Shown one piece after another: positions 27,084-38,665 of a stretch of DNA of 64,000 nt; positions within the stretch are counted from its first letter, which is position 1, and the number at the start of each line of letters is the position of its first letter. The notes under the pieces were generated by a model. It searched no databases and was not told where the DNA came from. It saw nothing but the letters and a program-made list of their open reading frames with translations. The translations under genes were made by a program, and so were the position numbers. Source of the stretch: Balanoglossus misakiensis (taxonomy: Eukaryota > Animalia > Hemichordata); NCBI GenBank assembly GCA_040954595.2, contig CM082585.2:12528127-12592126 (forward strand), in the 5' to 3' direction.

Positions 27084-29522
27084 CTGAAAAGTATTAAATA
27101 CAAAAAATGAGAACAATATAGTTAATAAATAATTCCGTAAGGTTTTGAAGTGTGTGTATACTCACGAAGTACATGTACATTTATCTATAAACTGTTTGTT
27201 CTTACCGGTTGCAGTGATCAGTTTAGGTACATATTCTCTCCAGAATGCGCAGAAATCTAGTCGTGGGCCTCTTCCTATAGTGTTGCCGCTTGTCAATGCC
27301 TCTGTACTGAAGGTGAATGAAAATTGATCCTTCACTGTGTATTTAGGCCACACCTCCTCTGCAGAATCTTCTAATGATGCTTTGTTGGGGTTACTGTCAG
27401 TAAATAATACAAAATACCATAAACGTTTGCCTTAGCCGGTGACATTATTGTGTTAAGTGACATATCTATAGAATATATCATAAAACACAGTCTACACCAT
27501 CTGGTCCCATGTATAATTACGGGGTCTTTTAATAAACCAAATGTCCGAATGCGACCTTCAAACATGGAATACCGAGAAAAACGTAAACATTGAAACAATA
27601 TGTCTAAATTAAGTTACAGCAACTGTCTATTTAAATTTTGTCTGAGAAATTGTAATAAATGACAAAACTCCTCAAGGTTCTAGCTGACAGAGTCTTATTT
27701 TCAGTCGATGCAATGATAATTTCTCCTTAAAAATTAACAATTATCGTAATTTATCTCTCCGAAATCACCAAGGTTCTTACATAGAGGCATTTTCATGCAT
27801 AGCCGTGGTTCTTACCGAAAATTCGTGGTTCTTACGTTTTACACCCTACAAAGTCAAAACTACTCAACGTTCTAGCTGACAATTAAAAGTCTTATTTTCA
27901 GTCGATGTGATGATAATTTCTCATTAAAAATTAACAATTATCTTAATTTATCTCTCTTGGCAACAATATGCGCGAATGAAATAGGCCTACGCAACAGAGA
28001 AATTTGTAGTATATACTCACCCGGTTTTGGCAAAATTTGCCCAGGCACTCATCATTCGACGACTGATCTCAGCATCTTCTGCCGAGAAATTAAACCTTGA
28101 ATGTAGCGGTTGACCAAAGACGAAGGCGACTTCGTCACCATGGAGAACGCCCATCCATTCATGGAATGGATTGTTATAGGCTCTCTGACTAAAGAAGTAG
28201 GAATATACGTCTTCTTGTTTGGCGTAAGAGTAACCAAATTCATGGGTAGGGCAGTGAATCTTGGCATCACCTATCATATCATCGACTCTATCTCGTAACA
28301 TTTTACCATCTGTCGGATTCCACCAGTCGATATATTGGAAAGAGACAGCATCGTGCCCGATTTGGTTCATCTCAGGGAATGTTTCTTTGATTGTGTATTC
28401 AAATATAGAACGATCAATGATGCTTTCAGTGTCGTGTCTAAATTGCGGTACATAGTAGATCAGAAAGAAGACACCTTCGTCCTTGTTGGTTCCAAACATG
28501 ATTGAAGTTGGTTTGAAAGAATGTCTCTCGATCGATGATTGGGGAGTTTCAGTCAAGAATGTTCCATCCACTACTGGATGAAATGGGAACCTGTAAATCC
28601 CGTGTACACCATCCATCCATTCCTGAAAAACCATTTCTTTTGCGTCTTGTGCTCTCATGCAGCGAGCAACTTCTTCCAGAGGAATTTCTTGCGAGTCGTT
28701 GTAACATCCGTATATTTTAGACAATTCCAAGCTTCTTCGTTTGGCTTCATCCGTTGTCATGGTAACCCAGGGGCAGTTTGGTGAACCACTTTGCAGTATA
28801 GCTCGCTTGTAATAGTTACGGGTGGTAGGGGACAGTAGATGGAGTCCAACGCTGGCAGCCCCGGCACTCTCGCCGAAGATGGTTACGCGTCGTGGGTCAC
28901 CCCCAAAATGTACGATGTTGTCTTGTACCCACTGCAAGGCCATGGCTTGATCTAAAAGTCCGACGTTACCGGGAGCATCCGGTATTCCCAAGTAAAAGAA
29001 ACCAATTGACGCTACACGATAATTGAATGACACAACGATGACATCTTGTGTCGCGGCCAAGGTAGCGCCATGGTAGACATCCAGTGAGGCAACTCCGCTA
29101 GCAAAGCCCCCGCCATATATCCATACCATTACTGCGGCGTTAGTGGGTCGCGGGTGCGGTGTCCACAGATTCAAGAATAAACAGTTTTCAGACAGATGCA
29201 CGTTTGGGTTCCACATATTTGTCCCAACGAAATCCCCAAAATATGTATCGGGCATAAGGACACAACCGCGACCATATCTACTAGCATCGTAGACTCCCTC
29301 CCAAGGTTGACGCGGCACTGTTGGCTTGTATCGCAAATCTCCCACTGGGGGTGTGGCATATGGAATCCCAAGGAACTCGTCAGCAAACCCATCAAGAACT
29401 GGTAGACGATGTCCACGCACTTTGCCATACAGTGTGGACACAACGTAATCATAATCGTCTTGTGCCGACGTGCTTATAGCAAGCAACACCAGCCATAGTA
29501 AAACTGTAGTAGTTATACTCAT
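26938..29522 (-). CDS. ACHE: Acetylcholinesterase/cholinesterase, copy B (~611 aa, T-type C-terminus)
   Basis: Exons 29522-28021, 27393-27206 and 27083-26938 (1836 nt). The likely start is MSITTTVLLWLVLLAISTSA, a signal peptide just after an acceptor at 29544-29545. Motifs GTNMWN, YGGGFASG, FGESAG, NKDEG and LHGDEV. Last exon ADINEAEREWKEEFHRWSTKYMVDWKAEFNHYVTNKGQDCSLDINDTP*. Confidence 0.93.
27663..27956. repeat. ~100-bp direct duplication in an intron of cholinesterase B
   Basis: caaaactcctcaaggttctagctgaca...taatttatctctc (~27663-27759) recurs with few differences at ~27855-27956. Confidence 0.85.
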
Positions 29523-30927
29523 TGTCGATGTCTCCAATTTACCCTGGTAACTAACAGTAATCCTGAAAACAATGGGATAACCACAGCTCATTAGTATTTG
29601 TTGGTGAATGACATTATAATTAATAATTCAAACATAGTATGCACGGTAAAAACTAAGGGAGATTCTGAGAGCTGTCTGAGATTGCATATACCCCTACTTG
29701 TCAAATCGATCCATGTCGTACGCAATAACACTATTGTCCATATGGAAGCTGTGTGAATGACATCTTGACATGCGAGAGGAGATAAATGAGAGAAAGGGAT
29801 AAACAATTAATCCTTTGGTTGAATAACAACACTTCAATCCATTTATAGTTGGATATAACAGTGACTGCGTTCCTCTACTTTGACCACTTATGATAATGAG
29901 ACCACAATGTCATCGATTATTTCAATTAATTTTAACGAGAAAACAATAATCTCCTAAGTGTTGAAACTTGAAATGAATGCAACCATCTTACCAAATCGAT
30001 CTGACATAACTGGTTAATGAGTCGGAACACAGATTTCCCATAAGGCACACAGTTAATGACGCCAAACTAAAGGGTATCATTCACAATAACGCGAATCACA
30101 TACATAATGATGGTATCGGACTGGTCAATGTACGTCAAATCAATTTCAAAAGTCTGTTGCAGCAAGTGGTCCATGTATTTAAAATATGTGACAATTATGC
30201 TGTTTGAAATATGAATAACACAATCTATGGCCTTTGCATTTTGTACATGGTAGCATTCTGTTAAAGGTTTTATTTTTTTTTAATTTTAAAATTCTAGGTG
30301 CATTTCATTTATAATACAGCAGGCATCACGAAGACACAATATCTGTGATAACATGGATTTAAGCGGTTTGATTGATTGAACTCCTGAGAGCAAACCACTT
30401 TGGTAACGGTAAATTGACACCAACATGCCTTCCTTGAACCTTAGGGAGTTGTTAGTATTTACATGAGGGGAGGGCCAGAAATTAAAGAGGATGGGTTTTT
30501 AAGGATATGATTTGCCTCAGGGGCAATCTGTTACATTTAGAACACTCTATAACAGACACACATCCCCCGCGAAAAGGCTCTCCGATCTTTACCAGACTCA
30601 TCTCTCTGTGTTAGATAGAAACACCTGTCCAAAAATAACTAAGAACTTTCCTGACACAAGCCTATGTCTGCAACCATATTTTGCCACCATAAGGAACATC
30701 TGCAGAAGGCTGTAATGACATTAACTACTTTCTCAAACATGTATTTGTCAGTGCTTCAAGATATGCGCGTTGTAGGTTGAGGCCACATGTCCATGTCAAC
30801 TGTATCAGATAACATCTTTGAATATAATGCTTTATTTTAACCAGGCATAAACTTCAATCAAACACAACTGTACAAACTCTTCTGTTACAGTAAAACGGTC
30901 GCCAGTCATTGATCAAATTACTGGCTC

Positions 30928-30964
30928 TATATATATATATATATATAATATATATATATATATA
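30928..30964. repeat. (TA)n microsatellite
   Basis: Direct reading. Confidence 0.95.
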
Positions 30965-33900
30965 CATATAAAAGCAGAGGTCCCCAATGGGCGATTCCTT
31001 TGCAGACAGATCACCAACTTAGATGTCCATGTTGCTTGAAACTTTGTGGCCATATTCGATCTCAATTTGTAACCATGACGACAAAGTGCACATCGTTTTG
31101 ATTCAAGATAAAGAACTTGCATAACATACGTGTTTATTGCTCAGTTTTAGTGACATCAATGCTGCCCTAGCCAAGGTTTCCTGTATTAGCATCAATGTAG
31201 CAGGGCTATGAATTCTTCATATCTTGTGTAAATTAATGTTAACATGAATACTAAGTTTAATTTGTCTCTGATCGATGCTTTTGACGGACAATGTTGCCTC
31301 TATACGTAAAAAAGAACATAGTATCGATTGTACAGTGTGTTTTACACTTTGTATCATGATATGTCGTTTCAGGATAAGTTAAAACTAAGTTTTATGTACG
31401 TTCATAAAAGATCTGAAATATGATTTCATAAATGTAAATGACATCAAGGAAAATAAATCTTTAGATATGTTCATGAAAGTCGACATAACTATGCTGCACT
31501 CCCTCATTTGCATACATGCAAATGAGAATGGCTGGAATTGAATATACATGCAGAGCATACTTGTACAGGGATATTAAATTTACATTTTAGGAAAGTTTAG
31601 CAGGGAATGGTTCAATAATTTATCACTGTTATAGTGACATTTGCGCAAATTTATGTAGGGAAAATATATTTAGATTTAATCCCTGTATACCGACCAAATA
31701 ATGAATCAAAAGGTGCATGTAATTCTGTGGTAAAATTGTGACAGCATTTCTTATAGTAGGTGAAAGTGTAATGTTAACAACTGCGAAGATGTGGTGTCCT
31801 TGTTGTAGACGAACTTGCGCAATCGCGAATGAATTAACCTATGGTCTGTGTGGCTGTTTATGTCCCTACTCAGAAAAAAATGTTTCGTTTCCTGTCCATC
31901 AATCCAACTGTTTGACAGCTTGACAAATGTACTGTTTGTCCAAATGAAATACTATTTACATATAGTCTGTCAAATAATCAACAGCAATTTAAACAGAAAG
32001 AACCTTCATGTACGACACCTCTAAGATTAGGCCTTATTGATTAACAAATTGGCTTCGAGTCGGCTCTTCATTACGTTCAAATTAGATTATTCCCAAACAA
32101 GTCAGAAACCAATAGTTCATAGTTTAGACTCCCCTTCACTGATCAAAACCATCTTTAGTTTTCCGAATGACGTTCACATAACTTAAACTGTGTATAAATA
32201 AACTGTTGCCAAAAAGGGCTGAAGTTTTGCGTCAGTGCAGGCCACCAATCCCAGACTAAAAATAAATATGTCCAATTTTGTTCGCTGAGTGGGTTGTGGA
32301 TGGATGGATGGATGGATAGTTAAACTGTGCATTTTTATAATTACACGTTCTAATGCTTTAGAAGAAATCAATACATTTTAGGAAACAACTCGTGTGCCAC
32401 GAAGGAGGCATTGCCCTATACTATGATCTGAAGCATACATTTCAGTGGATATAGAGTTCTCTATTTGGAGACCTGTCGAATGATTCCATTAAAATCAAGT
32501 CTTATTAAGCACCAAACACAAACATATTTGACTATATAGAAGTAATAAATTAATATGCAAATATTAGCTTGTTATTTAGACCCTGTTATCGATACGCGTG
32601 CTTAACTAAATTACAAATTTGCACAATTTGCAGTTGGAACACCCAAGACGGCCCTTCACTAATTCACTCATATGTCAGATTTGAAGTTACGGATTAATTA
32701 TACCATGGACTAACGCATGGCAATATTATGATCGTTTGGTGTGGGCATTCCATCGAAATAAAAGTTTATTGTTGAGTATAATTAGCATATTAATATAAAT
32801 AATGGTTAAAATTTAAAGCAAACAATTATATACCATGTTTTACGAGTTGTGCCGTGAAGAGAAAACTGTCGTACGTTAAAAGTAATAAGAAGCACTCCTA
32901 GTCTGTATTTCAACGACGTCACGAGACTGATTAGTATCACATGGGCCTACACTGAAATTCACTGCAGTGGCAGTGTGTACTTGTATAAGCGACATGGTTG
33001 ATAAGTGGTAGCTACTAACATGTATTTACCAAAGCCTATAGTCAAATGAATTGGCCATTTGCCATTTATTTTCCTAATATATCTTTGTAATCTCTTGTTA
33101 TATATAGTCCCCCCAATCTGACTTTAGATTCAGTTAACATTAATTCTAACGTTCCAATGGGATTTCAGCTAATCACTCCTGCATAGTTGGTGCATTTTGC
33201 ATATTAGTGTGTTTAACAGTCAGCTCACCAGTGAGATTTAATTCATACGAAAAAGAAAAGAAAATGAATCTACTCACCGTAGTGAAATGAGCAAGTCAGA
33301 AATTCCTCCACATTATCAAATCAAAGCATGGAAGCTTTATCTTTGCAAAACACTTGTCCAAACGACAGTGAGTCAAGCAAGTGTCCGTCCTTGGCCACTG
33401 CTCATAGAGAAAGAGCAAATGGTTTATACGTTGACGACTGAGGCAAGACAGGGGTATACTCGCATAATTGGGGTGATTACTTTTCCATTGAAAGGCTTTC
33501 ACTGAAATGTAATCACACTATTCAAATCTATATCAACAGAGGCAATTAGAAAGCAAAGCACGACTGGAAAAGGCCTCGCCACACAAATAGATTAACTCTG
33601 TGTGATTGTAATCGGAGGAGTCTACCCAGAAGGCCTTGCTGTACATTTTTTATGTGAAATATGTACTGAATCCATGCAATAATGCACATTACTTATCATG
33701 CACCGCTACACATGTAATCGTGAATTGACAAACACTGATATGCATTTTGCTTATTTATTTACAAAATGCAAAAGTGAAATGGACTAGGTTTTAATAGAGG
33801 GAAAAGTTGAATAATCTTCCAGGCCAGAATAAAAGTTTCAGTTGCATGCAACTTCAAGTTTGTTGTAAATATATTTATTGGCTTGCTACCTGTTCCTGGC

Positions 33901-35788
33901 CTCCATGACCAGTACAAACACCCATAGGCTGTTACTGATGGTGTTTTTTCAATTGGATTAGTGCATTATGCATCCATGCCAATGCTGTCTATTGACAGTA
34001 ATTAAGTTTAACTGCCTGAACAGACCAAACTGCCTCAGATCGCCAGTCGTCACGTAAAAGCAATTTTATAGCAGTTTATGCGTGGTATCTAAACACACAA
34101 TAGCAAGTCGAGCCAGTGCCTTGAATGGTCAGAATTTCTGATGTCATTTTAGTATGCCATGTATTCCAAGCAGCTGTTGCTATTAATTTAGACTCTTAGA
34201 GCGTCATTTGAATAATTGACATGGATTGAGTTGATCTGTAGAATGGCCCCTTTAAGGATTATAGTCCAGAGACCAGATACTTTGGATACATAAAAAAAAA
34301 AACAGTTTTCGCATGTGTGTGATTTCAGATTGCATCTGCGTGCGTTGAAGAACTAAGTAAGGCTATAAAAATAATAAATCTTTCTAGTTTATGTGGTCAA
34401 TTTTAGAACCCAGTTCATGTACTGGTTATATCCATTTTCATCTCTGCGACACCATAAAATACTACTTGCAAGTTGTTAAATTAAAACGGTATCAACTGCA
34501 ACTTTATATACATCATGTTAAATGCCGCTATGACATGTATACGTTGAGTGCATGCATTTTGGGAAAAGACATCGTTCATATCAAAGGAAACCGTGTCTCT
34601 TGGCTGTCCAACCCAAATAATAATCTATGGAATCGATCCTTTAGCACAGAGTATGTTTTGTAAACTGTCGTAAATTTCGAATCAAAGCCAAAATATTGCC
34701 AACGATGTTATTCCGAAAAGCACATTCCAAATTTCGAATATGGCAAATTATAGGACTACCATCGAATTTCGAATTGGTGTTGGAAACGGGAGAAGGACTT
34801 ACCTGGTGACTGGACACGTCAATGATACTTTGCAATGTGAAATCAGGTAATAACGACTTTACCAGGGTCCTTGAACAGTTCTATCGGCATGAATAGCGAC
34901 GCTGATTTACGACACCACACTTAAGACCTGCGATGTTGCCCACATATCAATCATCCAAGTTAATAATTCTAACCATAACCTGACGGCGGATATGTAATGC
35001 TTCCTGTCAAAACTATTTCCACAAACACTAGATTTATTAGTGTGGTTTTTCAAAATCATAAATATTTTAGCCAACGTATATACAGGTGCGATAAAAATTA
35101 TAACATAGCTACTCGATATGTTTGTTTTATTTTTACTTTTGTTAATTGCAAAAAAAGAGCCTGCATTCAGGTAAGGTAATATTCTCCCTGACAAAGTTAG
35201 GTTGGCCATGAGCTAATATATCCTGAGTTGTAGCTGTGCAGTAACCCAAACATTTAAAGAAACCAAGGTCAACCTTGGACTCTGCAAAAAAACAATACGA
35301 TTTTGTTTATTCAACTAATTCCTTTCATGTTTCAAAAATCTTCCCAAATAGAAATAACATATTGATTTGTCACGGAGCTAAGTTGAATTCAATGCGAGAG
35401 CACACATATTATGTCATCTGTGAGTGAGATCAAGAGTTAAAATAAAACGAGGTATATGTTAAATTGGATGAAAGAGGGCGCAAAGACAACGTGGTGATCT
35501 AGAATTAAAACTCAACAATGCTCACGAAATGTCAATTTTTTACTACTCCTAGGAACCTATACAACATACCAAAATGTAAAGTAATTGGACAAGTAATTTC
35601 AGAATGGAAGATTTTTCGACAAAAAGGCAACATTTCCCCCAAAGTGAAAAGATTAAAATGACTTAGCAAACTTTGGTGATTTTGTCGTTTTTGGACATTT
35701 TTCATGTTTTTTTTTTTTTTTTTTTTATGAAAATCTTCAAATGAGTAAAAAACACACAACAAAAAATTAAACAACAAAAAAGAGGACT

Positions 35789-35794
35789 TTTATT
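35789..35794 (-). promoter_or_regulatory. Candidate polyadenylation signal of the FARP-like gene (~2.9-kb 3' UTR)
   Basis: AATAAA on the - strand followed by a U/GU-rich tract (ttttttgttgtttaattttttgttgtgtg). The A-rich + strand skew of 35750-38660 ends here. Confidence 0.5.
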
Positions 35795-38665
35795 TTCCAC
35801 TTATTCTAAAAGACAAATAGACATTTCTGTAACATGAGAAGAGTACCCTCTGATCACTTCTACATTCACAATCAACTTGACATACATTATTACATATCTG
35901 GTACAGCATCATGAGCTGAAAATGTTCACTTTCTGAAATGTTAACTACAAGCATAGAACACAGTAAAGAAATGTAAAGGTCATAGCTGCTAAATCATTCC
36001 ACAAGTCAAAGGCAAATCAGACATGAAACTAGTCACAACACTTTTATGCAGGCTTAAAAAATGGAAGACAGGATTTACTGACGTTTCTATTGAAATTTTA
36101 TTTTTCAAAATTTGAATTTATTAATATGCATAGAATGATATGCTTGAAGCACTTCTACATATTACCATACACGTTCTATCACAGGTAAACATTATAACCC
36201 AGCATGGATTTCTAGATCAGCTCATGTTCTGACATATCTGAGAAATTACGCAACAAGAAACTGCCACAAAATGCTCAAATTTTTGGTGAGATGAATTGAA
36301 GGATACACAGTAGCACTCTATCAAGATTTTGGCAGAGTTTAGAATAATTATTTGACAACAATGCAAATGTAACTTATATTTAAAGAAGAAAAGGTTTTCT
36401 AAAAATTAAAGAAACATACTGCAAGGAACCTTTTGCAGAATTATGCCTTCCTAATTGACAGATTACATTAATATTACTGATATTCTAATAAGGAGGAACA
36501 TCAGAAGGTCATTTTAATAATGAACCCCCCCCCTCAATAAAATAAAATAATCTAGCATTATAAACAAACACATTGTATTGCAATGCAACATGATTCCATA
36601 AAACTATACTTTTTAATGTCTAAGCCCATACCAAAACACATTTTAAATACATGTATTATAATAAAATAGTGAACAATTGAAAGCAGAAGTATACAAGTAA
36701 AGTTAAGAATCTGGCAGCTTTTTTGAAAATACAAAGAAATAAGAGAATGGGGAGAATGTACAGGTAATTTTGTTCACCTTCATCACCCTTTTGTTGTCTT
36801 GGTTACCCAAATCTGTCATTGCATCCATCTTATAGAGACATTGCTTTTCATTTTTGACCTGAAGTTTTGAGCATTATCAGTTTTTATTTTCATGTTTGCT
36901 GAGCGGCACAGAATTTGGTTGAACAATGAAAACCTTCGTAAAACAATGAATACTCAATACCAGGATGTATAAACTTGGTGGTATCAGTACATGGCAGGAT
37001 AATTGTTTTGTAAAACAGTGAAACTTGTTTAAACATTGACAATATCATAAGCACAGAACACATATTTGTTGTGATACACAAAATGAATATTTCCTCATAC
37101 TCTGTATGTGTAAAACACATGATGTAATTAAATCTGTATCATTTGTGTAGATGCCTATGTTAAAATTATAGCACATGAAATATCTTCCTATACCAATTCA
37201 AATTCTAATCTGATTTCTACTTACTGCAGTATTTCTTTTTACAATTAAGCCTTTACAATAAAAAAATTTAGCACAAAAACTTATTCAAATGAATGATGAG
37301 TAGTAATGATGCAGTTATTCCATTTTCAACACAATTTACAGAAAACGGGTCTCATTTGCATCAAAATTCAATAAATTGCCACCTCTATTCTCTAATTAAA
37401 CAGAACTCAACTTTCCTCAGCTGGATAAGCCATGGGTTTTATTTTAATGCATTAAAAGTAATATTAAAAAGTACAAAATATTTGCTATTGTCATGTCATT
37501 GCATTTATATAATATAAATTTGTTGACAATACTACAATTAAAGAAGTGTGCAAATGTTTTTATGAGTTGGCATTATTCCATGTGTTCTGCAAATTTGTTC
37601 GAAGGAGATGCCATTAATAATACATGTGACAGACAAGTGATGTGCAATTTTGAACAAATCACAATTGACATCTAAACAGAACATTTAAAAAGAAGACCAA
37701 CAGTAGTACTTATTGGTTTGTGAGCCACCATTTTATTTCTTAAAATTAGCAAACAATTGTTATAGTATAACAACATCAGCACAGCATTTTGTAGAAACTT
37801 TTTTTCTTGTAGATGGGATAACCTGCACCATAGAAAAAAATAACGGAATAAAACCAAAATCCAGTAGTGAATGGGTTAAATTTTTTTGTAAAAAGTATCT
37901 ACATAGCAGAGAATAGTATACAACGTCAAACAGTGCAGAAAAAATCTTTAGGATTTAGAGTGTAAAAAGCTAGACACTGAAAGAAGAGCTATCATGAAAA
38001 TATACAGGAAAACAAAAATCGTTAATAAAAAAAGCAATATATTTTCCTGTCATTGTTTTAACAGAACATGTTTGACATCTGTGAAATGTGACTTGGCCAG
38101 TCAGTTTTTGTTCCAAAGCCATCCAATTATGAGTGCAGCTGAAAAGTGGTGACACTGGTTTTTAAAACTAGTAATTAACTATGAAGGAAGCACAAAGATA
38201 AAGATTAACTGTGATTTATATAATTCTTCATGCATAACCTGTCAATTGGCTTACCAATTATTACAGAAATGGACTGTTTCAGAATATCCCGCAAAGTAAG
38301 GGGTTGCTATGTTAAAACATAAAAAAAAAAAAATTATTATTCCTGCACTTGACAAAATAATATTGACTTATAAAATGAATTTCTGAACTGTTTGACATCA
38401 CAATGGCTGGACTAACCTGTAGTGCATTATAACAGTTTACGCTTTTGGCATCTTTATACTTCCTGCGTTTGCAGACATTACCATCCGTCATACAATCAGA
38501 TGCTTACTCCAAATTCTTAGTAATATTCATGAGACCCCTTTCAATATGACAGGCAGCACTGAATGATACTGAAAAGGTGTCCAAGAATTGATCAAGTCTT
38601 CAGTGGTCGCTTTAATACTGCATTGACTTTTATTCATGTTAGCTCACACATACAACTTGTTTTTT

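Noticed and set aside
29523-29591. N-terminal extension MSCGYPIVFR.. of the 524-aa ORF
   Set aside because: It crosses an acceptor at 29544-29545, and the downstream Met at 29522 begins a proper signal peptide.
35706-35726. Poly(T) run as a retrocopy tail
   Set aside because: No adjacent retro-sequence or TSD was recognised; treated as a simple homopolymer.
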